From: Alphaproteobacteria bacterium
Lineage (GTDB): Bacteria > Pseudomonadota > Alphaproteobacteria > Bin95
Length of the DNA: 64,000 nt
Assembly: GCA_965205265.1 (NCBI GenBank)
Contig: CBDBGH010000003.1
Span: forward strand, 64,001 to 128,000
Reading direction: 5' to 3'
Positions 19,799-30,071 of the stretch are shown piece after piece. The number at the start of each line of letters is the position of its first letter. Position 1 is the stretch's first letter. The position numbers were made by a program, and so were the translations under genes. A model generated the notes under the pieces. The model made no database searches, had not been told where the DNA came from, and saw nothing but the letters and a program-made list of their open reading frames with translations.

Positions 19799-20796
19799 CC
19801 GAGGCCGCCGCGCTCGAAACGGTGGATGTCACCTGCGTCTTCCAGGTGAGCCAGGGACTGCTGCGCGGCTCCAAACCGCTCCGCGCCGTCAACGGCGTCT
19901 CGTTGAAGATACCCAGGGGCCAGGTCGTGGGGCTGGTGGGCGAGTCCGGCTGCGGCAAGAGCACGATGGCGAATATCCTGCTCGGCCTGCAACGGCCGAG
20001 CTCGGGGGATGTGCTCTATTCCGGCAACAGCGCGGCCGGGTTCTCCCGTCGCGAAATCGCACGCCGGATCCAGCCGATCTTCCAGGACCCCTATTCCTCG
20101 CTCAACCCGACCAAGACCATCGAATCCATCATCTCCCAGCCGCTCAGGATCCATAATGTCGGCGCGCCGTCGGAATGGTCCGGCAGGGTCGGCGAAATGC
20201 TCGATGTCGTGGGCCTGCCGCGCCGGGTGGCGTCGAGCTATCCGAGCCAGCTCTCGGGCGGCCAGCGCCAGCGCGTGGCGATCGCGCGCGCGCTCATCAT
20301 GCGCCCGGAGGTGGTGATCTGCGACGAGCCGACTTCGGCGCTCGATGTCTCGGTGCAGAGCCAGATCCTCAACCTGCTGCAGGACCTGAAGGAGGAACTC
20401 GGCCTCACCTATCTGCTCATCAGCCACAATCTGGCGGTCGTCCAACATATGGCCGACAGGGTGGCGGTGATGTATCTCGGCCGCATCGTCGAGGAGGCCG
20501 ACTCGGGCACGCTCTTCGGCGACCCGCGCCATCCCTATACCCGCGCCCTGCTCGGCTCGGTGCTGACGCCCGATCCGCGCCTCGGCGTGCCCGACACGCA
20601 TCTCGGCGCCGTCTTCCCGAACCCGCTGGACCCGCCGCCCGGCTGCTCGTTCCATCCGCGCTGCCCGGAGTGCATGGAGATCTGCAGGTCCGAGCCGCCC
20701 CGGCCGGCCTCGGAGGGCGGCCACAACACCGAATGCCATCTCTATAACGGCGCCGGCGTGTCCCGGACCGCTACCCAGTCAAGGGGGACTCCATGA
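19795..20796 (+). CDS. Peptide ABC ATP-binding protein (DppF-like)
   Basis: GESGCGKST, QDPYSSLNP, DEPTSALDVS, GCSFHPRCP. Confidence 0.92.
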   Translation: MTEAAALETVDVTCVFQVSQGLLRGSKPLRAVNGVSLKIPRGQVVGLVGESGCGKSTMANILLGLQRPSSGDVLYSGNSAAGFSRREIARRIQPIFQDPYSSLNPTKTIESIISQPLRIHNVGAPSEWSGRVGEMLDVVGLPRRVASSYPSQLSGGQRQRVAIARALIMRPEVVICDEPTSALDVSVQSQILNLLQDLKEELGLTYLLISHNLAVVQHMADRVAVMYLGRIVEEADSGTLFGDPRHPYTRALLGSVLTPDPRLGVPDTHLGAVFPNPLDPPPGCSFHPRCPECMEICRSEPPRPASEGGHNTECHLYNGAGVSRTATQSRGTP

Positions 20797-22250
20797 AAGT
20801 CTTCATCGCTTGCCTCGGGACCGAGACCAACACCTTCTCGTCCATGCCGACCGGTTTGCAGACCTTCGAGGACACCATGCTTTTCCGCGGCGACGCCACC
20901 CGGCGCCCCGCCTCTACCTTCAGCCTGCCGCTGCATGTCTGGCGCAAGGCCGCGGAGGAGCGCCAGGGCGAGGTTGTGGAGAGCCTCGCCGCTTTCGCCC
21001 AGCCCGCCGGGCTTACCGTGCGCAGGGTCTATGAGGGCCTTCGCGACGAGATACTGGACGACCTCCGCGCGGCGATGCCGGTCGACATCGTGCTCCTGTC
21101 CATGCACGGTGCCATGACGGCCGAGGGCTATGAGGACTGCGAGGGCGACCTGCTCGCCCGCGTGCGCGGGATCGTCGGGCCGGATGCCGTTGTCGGGGGC
21201 GAGCTGGACCTCCACTGCTCGATCACGCCGAAGATGGTCGAGAACGCGGATGCGCTGGTTACGTTCAAGGAATATCCGCATATCGACGGCGGCGCACGCG
21301 CGGCCGAGCTGTTCGACATCTGCCTCGCCGCCCACAAAGGCGACGCGAAACCGGTCATGGCCGTCCATGACTGCCGGATGGTCGGCATGTGGCGCACGCC
21401 CGTCGAGCCGGTGCGGGGCCTGGTCGGGGACATGCAGGCGGCGGAGGGCAGGGACGGCATCCTCTCCGTCTCCTTCGCGCACGGCTTCCCTTGGCAGGAC
21501 GTGCCGGAAACCACGGCCAGGGTGCTGGTCGTGGCCGATGGCGACGCCGCTCTCGCGGCCGGGACCGCAAAGGCCTTCGGGCAGCGGATCTGGGAGCTGC
21601 GCGACGAGACCGGGCAGGACACCGTGACCGTCGACGAGGCGCTGGACCTGATCGAAGCCGGCCCCGGCCCGGTGGTGGTCGCCGATGTCGCCGACAATGC
21701 CGGCGGCGGCGCGCCCTCGGACTCGACCTTCCTGCTGGCCCGCGCGCTCGAACGCGGCGCGACGGGCCTGCTCTCCGGCTATTACTGGGACCCGGTCGCC
21801 GTGCGCTTCTGCGAGGAGGCGGGCGAGGGCGCCGCCTTGCGGCTCCGGGTCGGCGGCAAATGCGGGCCGGACTCCGGCTGGCCTGTGGACTTGGCCGTGA
21901 CGGTGAAGCGCATCCTGGAGGGCGCTTCGCAGACCTTCGGCGAGGCCACCATGAGCATGGGCACGGCCGTCTGGCTCTCGTCGGACGCCGGCATCGATCT
22001 CATCCTCACATCGACCCGCACGCAGGTCTTCCATCCGGACGGCATGACCCAGCTCGGCATCGACCCGGCGAGCTACAGGGGCATCGCCGTCAAATCGACC
22101 CAGCATTTCTATGCCGGCTTCGCGCCCCTCGCATCGCGGATCGCCTATGTCGCCTGCGAAGGCGCCATCCCGCCCGATTTCGCGACGATCCCCTATGAGC
22201 GCTTCGCCGCTCCCTACTGGCCGAGAGTGGAGAATCCCCGCGAGGACTGA
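20793..22250 (+). CDS. M81 (MlrC-like) metallopeptidase
   Basis: ETNTFS, MHGAM, LDLHC, YPHID, DNAGGG, VKSTQHF. Confidence 0.9.
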   Translation: MKVFIACLGTETNTFSSMPTGLQTFEDTMLFRGDATRRPASTFSLPLHVWRKAAEERQGEVVESLAAFAQPAGLTVRRVYEGLRDEILDDLRAAMPVDIVLLSMHGAMTAEGYEDCEGDLLARVRGIVGPDAVVGGELDLHCSITPKMVENADALVTFKEYPHIDGGARAAELFDICLAAHKGDAKPVMAVHDCRMVGMWRTPVEPVRGLVGDMQAAEGRDGILSVSFAHGFPWQDVPETTARVLVVADGDAALAAGTAKAFGQRIWELRDETGQDTVTVDEALDLIEAGPGPVVVADVADNAGGGAPSDSTFLLARALERGATGLLSGYYWDPVAVRFCEEAGEGAALRLRVGGKCGPDSGWPVDLAVTVKRILEGASQTFGEATMSMGTAVWLSSDAGIDLILTSTRTQVFHPDGMTQLGIDPASYRGIAVKSTQHFYAGFAPLASRIAYVACEGAIPPDFATIPYERFAAPYWPRVENPRED

Positions 22251-22285
22251 AGGGCGGACCTAGCGGAAAGACTTCAGGAGCGGGA

Positions 22286-22361
22286 TGGTGCCGCGCGCAG
22301 GATTCGAACCCGCGGCCTGCCGATTACAAATCGGCTGCTCTACCGACTGAGCTAGCGCGGC
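22286..22361 (-). tRNA. tRNA-Thr(UGU)
   Basis: GCCGCGC/GCGCGGC acceptor stem, AGCTCAGTCGGTAGAGC D arm, GCCGA-TTTGTAA-TCGGC anticodon arm, GGTTCGAATCC T loop, encoded CCA; 76 nt. Confidence 0.97.
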
Positions 22362-22368
22362 ATCGGGC

Positions 22369-23373
22369 CTATTCTAGCCGCTCGCCGCCGCCCGCGATAC
22401 GGCCCGCAGCCGGGGCGAAGCTGCGGCGGTATCGAGCAGGCGTGGTGCCGACGAGGCGGCGGAAATGGTGGCGCAGCGTCTCGACGGAGCCGAAGCCCGC
22501 CTCGGCCGCGATCCGTTCCACCGGGAGCCGCGTCGTCTCCGCAAGCTCGCGGGCGCGGGCGACGCGCTGGCGGATGAGCCACGCGCCGGGCGTCGTCCCT
22601 AGCGTCTGCCGGAAGCGGCGCTGGAACGCGCGGAGGCTCATGCCGGCCCGGCCCGCCAGGTCGGCCACGGTCAGCGGCTCGTCGAGATGGGCCGGCAGCC
22701 AGTCGAGCAGGGCGGCCAGCCGGCCGTTGCCTGCCTCGCGGGCAAGCGGGGTGGCCACGAATTGCTGCTGGCCGCCGTCCCGGTGCGGGGCCAGCACCAG
22801 CCGGCGGGCGACATCGTTCGCGACTGCCGCGCCGTGGTCCCGGCGGACGATATGGAGGCAGAGGTCGAGGCCCGCCGCGCTGCCGGCCGAGGTCAGCACC
22901 AGGCCTTCGTCCACATAGAGGACATCTGGGTCCACCCGGATGTCCGGGTAGCGCCGGGCCAGCAGCTCCGCATAGCGCCAGTGGGTGGTGGCGCGCCTGC
23001 CGTCGAGCACGCCGGCAGCCGCCAGCACGAAGACGCCCGAGCAGATGGAGACCAGCCGCCCGCCGCGTTCCGGGACGCGCCTCAGCGCTTCCAACAGGGG
23101 CCGGGGCGCGGGCGCATCCGCATCCCGCCAGCCCGGCACGACAACGGTGTCGGCGCGCTCGATCAGGGCGAGATCGTAAGGCGCTTCGACGACGAGCCCG
23201 CCGGCGGCGCGGAGCGGGCCGGGCTCGGCCGCGCAGACATCGAAGCGGTACCAGGGGCGGTCCAGCTCCGGCCGGGGCAGGCCGAAGATTTCGTATGTGC
23301 AGCCGAATTCGAAGGTGCAGAGACCGTCATAGGCGAGCGCGACGACATGCGAGTGGGGCGGACGGTCCGGCAT
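22369..23373 (-). CDS. ftrA: DJ-1/PfpI-AraC transcriptional regulator (FtrA/GlxA-like)
   Basis: YDGLCTFEFG, SICSG, TTHWRY, TSAGSAAGLD, C-terminal AraC HTH. Confidence 0.88.
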   Translation of the reverse strand: MPDRPPHSHVVALAYDGLCTFEFGCTYEIFGLPRPELDRPWYRFDVCAAEPGPLRAAGGLVVEAPYDLALIERADTVVVPGWRDADAPAPRPLLEALRRVPERGGRLVSICSGVFVLAAAGVLDGRRATTHWRYAELLARRYPDIRVDPDVLYVDEGLVLTSAGSAAGLDLCLHIVRRDHGAAVANDVARRLVLAPHRDGGQQQFVATPLAREAGNGRLAALLDWLPAHLDEPLTVADLAGRAGMSLRAFQRRFRQTLGTTPGAWLIRQRVARARELAETTRLPVERIAAEAGFGSVETLRHHFRRLVGTTPARYRRSFAPAAGRIAGGGERLE

Positions 23374-23471
23374 AATGGCGCGATCTTACCGAAAATGGGC
23401 AAAAGCGCCACGGGACTGTTCCCCGGCTGCGCTCATCATGGACGCCGGCCCGATAGTCCAAGGAATGGCCG

Positions 23472-24086
23472 ATGTTCCGCCTTTACGACAACCATACCTC
23501 CGGCAATGGCTACAAGCCGCGCCTGCTGCTCGCCCATCTGGGCCGCGAGTTCGAGCGCATCGAGGTGGATATCGACAAGGGGGCCTCCCGCATGCCCGCC
23601 TTCCTGGAGAAGAACCCCAACGGGCGCATTCCGGTGCTGGAGTTCGAGGACGGGACCTGCCTCGCGGAGTCGAACGCCATCCTTTTCTATCTGGCGGAGG
23701 GCTCGCGCTTCCTTCCTTCGGACCGGCTGGCGCGCGCGCAGACCCTGCAATGGATGTTCTTCGAGCAATACAGCCACGAGCCCTATATTGCGGTGGTCCG
23801 CCACTGGCTCCATCTCGGCGCGCTGACGGACCTTCAGCGCGCGCAGCTTCCGGCGAAGCGGGAGGGCGGCCATGCGGCGCTCGCGGTGATGGAGGGCCAT
23901 CTGGGCCGGGCGGACTGGTTCGGCGGCGAGGGGATGACCATCGCCGACATCGCGCTCTACGCCTATACCCATGTGGCCGATGAGGGGAACTTCGACCTCG
24001 ACGCCTATCCGGGCGTACGCGCCTGGCTCGACCGGGTCGCGGCGGAGCCCGGGCATGTCCCGATGGCGGTCGAGGGTTTATCCTGA
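23472..24086 (+). CDS. Glutathione S-transferase
   Basis: SGNGYK, NPNGRIPVL, ESNAIL, FFEQYSHEP, TIADIAL. Confidence 0.92.
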   Translation: MFRLYDNHTSGNGYKPRLLLAHLGREFERIEVDIDKGASRMPAFLEKNPNGRIPVLEFEDGTCLAESNAILFYLAEGSRFLPSDRLARAQTLQWMFFEQYSHEPYIAVVRHWLHLGALTDLQRAQLPAKREGGHAALAVMEGHLGRADWFGGEGMTIADIALYAYTHVADEGNFDLDAYPGVRAWLDRVAAEPGHVPMAVEGLS

Positions 24087-24137
24087 CGGGGAACCCGACC
24101 GGAGCCTGCCGCCCGGCGGCAAGAGAGGGAATGAGCG

Positions 24138-24617
24138 ATGACGAACGACAAGGCGCCGGCCGCCATTGCGGCCGCCGACGTGCCGCCCCGGACGAAGCCG
24201 TCCAACTATCCGGAGCCCTTCGCCGGCCGCATGGCGCGGCGGCAGAAGCGGGCGCTCGGCGATTTCTTCGGCCTCACGAATTTCGGCGTGAACCTGACCA
24301 GGATCGCGCCGGGCGGCGAATCCGCGCTGATGCACACCCACAGCAAACAGGACGAGCTGGTCTATGTGCTGGAGGGCGAGGCGGTGCTGGCGACCCCGTC
24401 CGGCGAAACGCGGCTCACCGCCGGCATGTGCGCCGGCTTCCCGGCCCGGGGCGAGGCGCATCATATCCTGAACCGCAGCGACCGGGACCTGGTGATTCTC
24501 GAAATCGGCGACCGACCGGAAGGCGATGAGGGCAGCTACCCCCAGGACGACATCCAGGCCGTCATGGGCGCGGACGGCAAATGGCGCTTCACCCGCAAGG
24601 ACGGCAAGCCCTACTGA
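24138..24617 (+). CDS. Cupin-domain protein
   Basis: FGVNL, HTHSKQDE, GFPA, HHILNRS, YPQDDI. Confidence 0.88.
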   Translation: MTNDKAPAAIAAADVPPRTKPSNYPEPFAGRMARRQKRALGDFFGLTNFGVNLTRIAPGGESALMHTHSKQDELVYVLEGEAVLATPSGETRLTAGMCAGFPARGEAHHILNRSDRDLVILEIGDRPEGDEGSYPQDDIQAVMGADGKWRFTRKDGKPY

Positions 24618-24653
24618 AACGGGGACGGAGTCGCCGGGCGCACCGGGGGCGGT

Positions 24654-25643
24654 TCAGCGCTCATAGTGTTCGGCCTCGCGCGGGCCGGCCCGCATGTCGT
24701 CGATGGCCCGAGTGACATCCTCGACCGCTGCTTCCAGACGCGCGACGACCGCCTCCGGGTCCGGTTGGAAGGGCAGGGTCTCGATCAGCGCGCCGAGCCG
24801 TCCTTGCGCCCGCCAGGCAGCATGCCTGGCCAGCTCCGTATAGATCGTCTCCTCGTCGTCGATGCCGAAGAGGTCGCGCGCGCGGCTCTGGTCGTCCCGG
24901 CTCCGGTCGAGGGCGACATAGGCGTTGACCATGGTGATGCGCTCGGCCCGCTCGGCGAGGGGGGCGGCGCGATGCACGACCATATTGCCGTGGAGCGCGA
25001 TCGCGTAGCCGGGGCCGGGAAATTCCGGGACGACGACCCGGTCCCGGGGCGGGGTTCTGCCTTCGGCGGCGAGGGCAGCAGCTTCGGCCTTCGTGCCCGT
25101 GAAATATTCGAACCGGCCGCCGGCGATCCGGGCCGGGTCGGTGACCATCATCACGTAGTCCAGCGGGACGGTATCGCGATGCCACTTGTCGACCGCCTCC
25201 GCCGGATCGGCGGGTTCGAAGTTCATGTGTCCGAGATGCACGGGCATGGAATGCGGCGCAACCGGCGCGCCGTAAATCGCGGACATGGCCTCTGCGACCT
25301 CCGGGCTGATGCACAGGTCCCGAAGCCAGCGGGACCGGTAGCAGCCGCCGCGCACGACGTTCTCTATGCGGTTGCCGGCGCGGGTCGCCCAGGGCCGCAA
25401 GCGCCGGGCGGTCTCCAGCATGATCTCCGCGCCCGCCTTGGAGAGCAGGCGGAAGGGCGACGAAACCGCAACCGGCGTGGCCGTCGGCTCGATCTCTTCC
25501 TCGCTGTAGCCGAACTCGGCGAGCCCGGTCACGCTTGCCGGCGGCTCCAGCGCCAGATGCCTGCCGGGATCGAAGGGAACTTCGTCCGGGAGCCACTCAT
25601 AGCCGGCCGGGCGCCGGTCCGGAAACGGTATGGCGACATTCAT
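24654..25643 (-). CDS. Putative Fe(II)/2-oxoglutarate oxygenase-fold protein
   Basis: WHRD ... GGRF ... H(RAAPL) ... RITMV pattern (HxD...H...R). Confidence 0.6.
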   Translation of the reverse strand: MNVAIPFPDRRPAGYEWLPDEVPFDPGRHLALEPPASVTGLAEFGYSEEEIEPTATPVAVSSPFRLLSKAGAEIMLETARRLRPWATRAGNRIENVVRGGCYRSRWLRDLCISPEVAEAMSAIYGAPVAPHSMPVHLGHMNFEPADPAEAVDKWHRDTVPLDYVMMVTDPARIAGGRFEYFTGTKAEAAALAAEGRTPPRDRVVVPEFPGPGYAIALHGNMVVHRAAPLAERAERITMVNAYVALDRSRDDQSRARDLFGIDDEETIYTELARHAAWRAQGRLGALIETLPFQPDPEAVVARLEAAVEDVTRAIDDMRAGPREAEHYER

Positions 25644-25692
25644 CGCGCGGCTGGCCTCTTCATTGCCCTGCATCGGGCGGCGGACCCGTGAG

Positions 25693-26079
25693 TCACCCGG
25701 AGCGGACGGCGATCGCCTCGATCTCGACCTTGAGCTCCGGCATGGCGAGCGCGCTCACCTCGACCAGGGTCGAAACCGGGAAATCGCCGGCGAAGAACTC
25801 CCGGCGGGCGCGCCACACCTCCTCGCGCCGTGAGATGTCGGTGACATAAATCACCACCTTGACGACATCGGCCATCGAGGCCCCGGCTGCGTCCAGCAGC
25901 CTGGCGATCTTCTCGAAGATCGCGCGCGCCTGCCCGTATTCGTCACCGGCCAGGATTTCCGCGCCATTGCGCGCCGTCATGCCGGCGACGAAGATCTGGT
26001 TGCCTGCAACCAGGCAGTTCGACCAGGTCTCCGGCGGCGGTTCCGGCACTTCGGGATGGGTGACGCGCATGGCCGCCAT
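25693..26079 (-). CDS. RidA/YjgF family protein
   Basis: FVAGMT, DVVKV, PVSTLVEV, VEIEAIA. Confidence 0.9.
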   Translation of the reverse strand: MAAMRVTHPEVPEPPPETWSNCLVAGNQIFVAGMTARNGAEILAGDEYGQARAIFEKIARLLDAAGASMADVVKVVIYVTDISRREEVWRARREFFAGDFPVSTLVEVSALAMPELKVEIEAIAVRSG

Positions 26080-26093
26080 GGCACTCTCCTCGG

Positions 26094-27398
26094 TCAGGCT
26101 TTGACGATCCGCGCCGGGCGCGGCCGGTCATCGTAAACATTGCGCGTGTCCACAACCAGCGGCACCGCCGCTGCCAGCGCCTCCCAGTCCACGGCGTCGT
26201 GGTCCGTCACCGCGATGGCGGCGTCGAACCGGGCGAGCGCCTCCGGCGACCGGTCTGTGGAGGGAATGCCCGCGAGGGCGGGATGGGCGCGGGTCGTCGG
26301 GATCGCCTGCACATGGGGGTCGAGATAAGCGACCTCGGCCCCGCGGTCTGCAAGCAGCTCCCAGAGTCGGAGCGCCGGGCTCTCCCGCGTATCGTCTATG
26401 TTTTTCTTGTAAGCGACGCCGACCAGCAGGACGCGGCTCCCGGCAAGCGCTGCCGGGGCGAGCGCTTCGGCGAGCCGGGCGACCACGCGCTCCGGCATTT
26501 CGGCGTTGATCTCGCCGGCAAGCTCGATGAAGCGGCTTGGCAGGCCGACGCCGCGCGCCTTCCAGGAGAGGTAGAACGGGTCGATGGGAATGCAGTGCCC
26601 GCCCCAGCCGGGACCGGGGTAAAACGGCATGTAACCGAAGGGCTTGGTGCTGGCGGCCTCGACGACCTCCCAGATGTCCACGCCCATTGCGGCGTAGATG
26701 CCCTTGAGCTCGTTGACGAGCGCGATGTTGACGGCGCGGAAGACGTTCTCGGTGAGCTTCGCCGCCTCCGCTGCCGCCGGCGAGGAGACGGCATGGACCG
26801 AGGGCGAAACGGCCTCGTAGAGCGCGCGGGCAAGAGCCAGCGCCTCCGGCCCATCGGCGCCGACGACCCGCGGGATGCGCCGCTCGCCGCTGCCGGGAGA
26901 CTCGCGCTCCGGCGCGTAGGCGAGGAAGAAGTCCTGTCCGCTGCGGAGGCCGCCCGCCTCCAGGACCGGCCTGACGACTTCTTCCGTCGTGCCCGGCCAG
27001 GTGGTCGATTCGAGCACGACGAGCTGCCCCGGCCGCAAGGTGGCGGCCACGGCGCGGGCGCTCGCCCCGACGAACCGCAGGTCGGGCTCGCGGTCCGCCC
27101 CGAGTGGTGTCGGCACGCAGATCGCGATGGCGTCGGCCTCGGCCAGGCGGGCGAAATCGTCCGTCGCCTCGAACCGCCCGCCCGCCGTCATCGCCGCGAC
27201 CTCGCTGTCGGCGACATCCATGATGTAGGAGCGCCCGGCTGCAAGCATGGGCGGCTTCTCCGGATCGGTGTCGAAGCCGGTCACGGCGAAGCCCGCCTTG
27301 TGGAAGGCGCGCGCCAGCGGCAGCCCCACATAGCCGAGCCCGATAATGCCGATGCGCGCCCGGCGGTCCCGCAGCTTGCCGAGCAGGTCGTCAAACAC
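26094..27398 (-). CDS. Nucleotide-sugar dehydrogenase (UDP-GlcNAc/ManNAc 6-dehydrogenase type), GTG start
   Basis: GLGYVGLP, CVPTP, ESTTWPGTT, KLTENVFR, GGHCIPIDP, DTRESP. Confidence 0.92.
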   Translation of the reverse strand: MFDDLLGKLRDRRARIGIIGLGYVGLPLARAFHKAGFAVTGFDTDPEKPPMLAAGRSYIMDVADSEVAAMTAGGRFEATDDFARLAEADAIAICVPTPLGADREPDLRFVGASARAVAATLRPGQLVVLESTTWPGTTEEVVRPVLEAGGLRSGQDFFLAYAPERESPGSGERRIPRVVGADGPEALALARALYEAVSPSVHAVSSPAAAEAAKLTENVFRAVNIALVNELKGIYAAMGVDIWEVVEAASTKPFGYMPFYPGPGWGGHCIPIDPFYLSWKARGVGLPSRFIELAGEINAEMPERVVARLAEALAPAALAGSRVLLVGVAYKKNIDDTRESPALRLWELLADRGAEVAYLDPHVQAIPTTRAHPALAGIPSTDRSPEALARFDAAIAVTDHDAVDWEALAAAVPLVVDTRNVYDDRPRPARIVKA

Positions 27399-28344
27399 CG
27401 TAATAGCTCCGGTACCAGGCGGCGAAGCGGGGCAGGCCCTCGTCGATGGCGGTTCGGGGCGCATAGCCGAAATGCCGCGCCGCTTCGCCGATGTCGGCGC
27501 AGGTTTCCAGCACGTCGCCGGGCTGCATCGGCCGGAGGTCGATCCGGGCCCGGGCGCCGAGCGCGGCCTCCAGCGTCTCGATGAAGCGCATCAGCGGCTC
27601 GGCGCGGCCGTTGCCGATATTGTAGATCCGGTGGCCGTCCCCGGTCCGGTCGAGCGCGCCGAGCGTGCCTGCGACCGCGTCCTCCACGAAGGTGAAGTCG
27701 CGGGCAAGCCGGCCTTCGTTGAAAACCGGGATCGGCTCGCCGGCAAGCATGGCGCGCGCGAACAGGGTCGGCGCCATGTCGGGCCGGCCCCAGGGTCCGT
27801 AAACCGTGAAATAGCGCAGCCCCGTCGCGCGGAAGCCGTAAAGATGAGCATAGCTCTCGGTCATGAGTTCGTCCGCGCGCTTGGTGGCGGCGTAGAGGGA
27901 CCGCGGCCGGTCGCCCGGCGCGTCCGCGGCAAGCGGCCCGGAGCCGGCATCCCCATAGACCGAGGAGGAGCTTGCATAGACGAAATGCGAGACTTCCCGC
28001 CGCCGCGCCAGCTCCAGCAGGTTCAGGTGCCCGGCGATATTGGCCCGGACATAGGCGCGCGGGTTTTCCAGCGAGTAGCGCACGCCGGCCTGCGCGGCGA
28101 GGTGCAGGATGCGGTCCACGCCTTCGGGTGCCAGCCGGTCCATCGCTTCGTCGTCGGCGATGTCGGCGCGCAGGAAGGTGAAGCCGGGCAGGCCGCTCAG
28201 GCGCGCGAGCCGGGCGCGCTTCAGCACCGGGTCGTAATATCCGTCGAGATTGTCGATTCCGACGACCGCCTCGCCGCGCGCCAGCAGGGCGGCGGCGGCG
28301 TGCATGCCGATGAAGCCGGCGACGCCGGTGACGAGAATGCTCAT
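27391..28344 (-). CDS. NAD-dependent epimerase (UDP-glucuronate 4-epimerase-like)
   Basis: TGVAGFIG, HLAAQAGVRYS, ASSSSVYG, YAATK, VYGPWGRPDMA. Confidence 0.92.
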   Translation of the reverse strand: MSILVTGVAGFIGMHAAAALLARGEAVVGIDNLDGYYDPVLKRARLARLSGLPGFTFLRADIADDEAMDRLAPEGVDRILHLAAQAGVRYSLENPRAYVRANIAGHLNLLELARRREVSHFVYASSSSVYGDAGSGPLAADAPGDRPRSLYAATKRADELMTESYAHLYGFRATGLRYFTVYGPWGRPDMAPTLFARAMLAGEPIPVFNEGRLARDFTFVEDAVAGTLGALDRTGDGHRIYNIGNGRAEPLMRFIETLEAALGARARIDLRPMQPGDVLETCADIGEAARHFGYAPRTAIDEGLPRFAAWYRSYYGV

Positions 28345-28484
28345 GGGCGGTCGGTTCGCAATTGCGGGCGCGCCGGCACCATAGCCGAGGCGGGACGGCG
28401 TGCAATCGTGGAAGGCGCGCATGCCTCGACCCGGCGCGGCGGGGGCGCTATACCGCGCGCCTGCCCGTCCGGCCGGGGAACGCC

Positions 28485-30071
28485 ATGAACGACAACCGCC
28501 TCTACCTGTTCGACACGACCTTGCGCGACGGCGCCCAGACCCAGGGCGTCGATTTCAATGTCGCGGACAAGGCCGCGATCGCCCGCGACCTCGATGCGCT
28601 CGGCATCGACTATATCGAGGGCGGCTGGCCCGGCGCCAACCCGACCGACGACGGGTTCTTCGCAGACCCGCCGGCGCTCTCCCGCGCCCGCCTCACCGCT
28701 TTCGGCATGACGCGCCGGGCGGGGCGGTCGGCCGCCAACGACCCGGGCCTTGCGGTCACATTGCGCTCGCGCGTCGATACGATCTGCCTGGTCGGCAAGG
28801 CGGACGCCCGCCACGCCGAGTCGGCGCTCGGCGTCTCGCTGGACGAGAACCTGGCGATGATCCGCGATTCCATCGCGGAGATCGTCCGGCGAGGCAAGGA
28901 GGCCCTGTTCGACGCCGAGCATTTCTTCGACGGCTACAGGGCCCGCCCGGACTATGCGCTCAAGGCGCTGGAGACGGCGCTTGAAGCCGGCGCGCGCTGG
29001 GTCGTGCTCTGCGACACAAACGGCGGCGCGCTGCCGCACGAAGTCGAGGCGGCGGTCGCGCGGGCGGGCGATGTCGTGCCGGGAAGCCGGCTCGGCATCC
29101 ATGCCCACAACGATACCGGCAACGCCGTCGCCAACACGCTGGCCGCGGTGCGCGTCGGCGCGCGGCAGGTGCAGGGCACGCTGAACGGCCTGGGCGAGCG
29201 CTGCGGCAATGCCGACCTCGTGACCCTGCTGCCGACCCTCACCCTCAAGATGGGCTTCGAGACCGGGGTTCCGGCGGACGGCCTGGAGCGCCTCACGCAG
29301 GTCTCGCGCGCGTTCGACGAGCGGCTCAACCGCCCGTCGAACCGCCATGCCCCCTATGTCGGCGCCTCGGCCTTCGCGCACAAGGCGGGGCTGCATGTCT
29401 CGGCGGTGGAGAAGGACCCGGCCTTCTACGAGCACATCGCGCCGGAGACGGTTGGCAACAAGCGCCAGATCCTGGTCTCCGACCAGTCGGGCCGCGCGAA
29501 CATCCTCTCGCGCTTCCGGGAGATCGGCCTCGATGTGGACCGGGACGATCCGCGCGTCGCGCGCCTTGTCGATCTGGTGAAGGAGCGCGAGTTCCAGGGC
29601 TATGCCTATGACGGCGCGGTGGCGAGCTTCGAGCTGCTCGCCCGCCGGATGCTCCAGACCGTGCCGGACTACTGGACGCTCGACAGCTTCCGCGTCACCG
29701 ACGAGCGGCGCTTCAACGCAAGGCGCGAGCTGGTGACCATGTCGGAGGCGGTGGTGAAGCTCTCCGTCGATGGGCGCCGGTCCATGCAGGTGGCCGAAGG
29801 CAACGGGCCGGTAAACGCGCTCGACGCCGCGCTGCGCCTCGCGCTGCTGCCGGACTATGCCTGTCTCGAAGGCGTGCGGCTGACCGACTACCGGGTGCGC
29901 ATCCTCACGCCCGGCGACGGCACGGCGGCCGTCACGCGGGTGCTGATCGAGAGCGCCGACGAGACCGGCGCGCACTGGACCACGGTCGGCGTCTCGGGGA
30001 ACATCATCAATGCCTCCTACGAGGCGCTGAACGACAGCCTGACCTACAAGCTGCTCAACACCGAACGGTGA
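28485..30071 (+). CDS. cimA: Citramalate synthase
   Basis: DTTLRDGAQ, EGGWPGANP, FDAEHFFDG, CDTNGG, HAHND, GERCGN, GNGPVNALD. Confidence 0.92.
   Translation: MNDNRLYLFDTTLRDGAQTQGVDFNVADKAAIARDLDALGIDYIEGGWPGANPTDDGFFADPPALSRARLTAFGMTRRAGRSAANDPGLAVTLRSRVDTICLVGKADARHAESALGVSLDENLAMIRDSIAEIVRRGKEALFDAEHFFDGYRARPDYALKALETALEAGARWVVLCDTNGGALPHEVEAAVARAGDVVPGSRLGIHAHNDTGNAVANTLAAVRVGARQVQGTLNGLGERCGNADLVTLLPTLTLKMGFETGVPADGLERLTQVSRAFDERLNRPSNRHAPYVGASAFAHKAGLHVSAVEKDPAFYEHIAPETVGNKRQILVSDQSGRANILSRFREIGLDVDRDDPRVARLVDLVKEREFQGYAYDGAVASFELLARRMLQTVPDYWTLDSFRVTDERRFNARRELVTMSEAVVKLSVDGRRSMQVAEGNGPVNALDAALRLALLPDYACLEGVRLTDYRVRILTPGDGTAAVTRVLIESADETGAHWTTVGVSGNIINASYEALNDSLTYKLLNTER

Noticed and set aside
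22250-22361. Genomic island integrated at tRNA-Thr
   Set aside because: No adjacent integrase and no duplicated tRNA 3' end noticed in the window
24654-25643. BesD-type halogenase
   Set aside because: The motif is HRD with the carboxylate retained, not HxG/A
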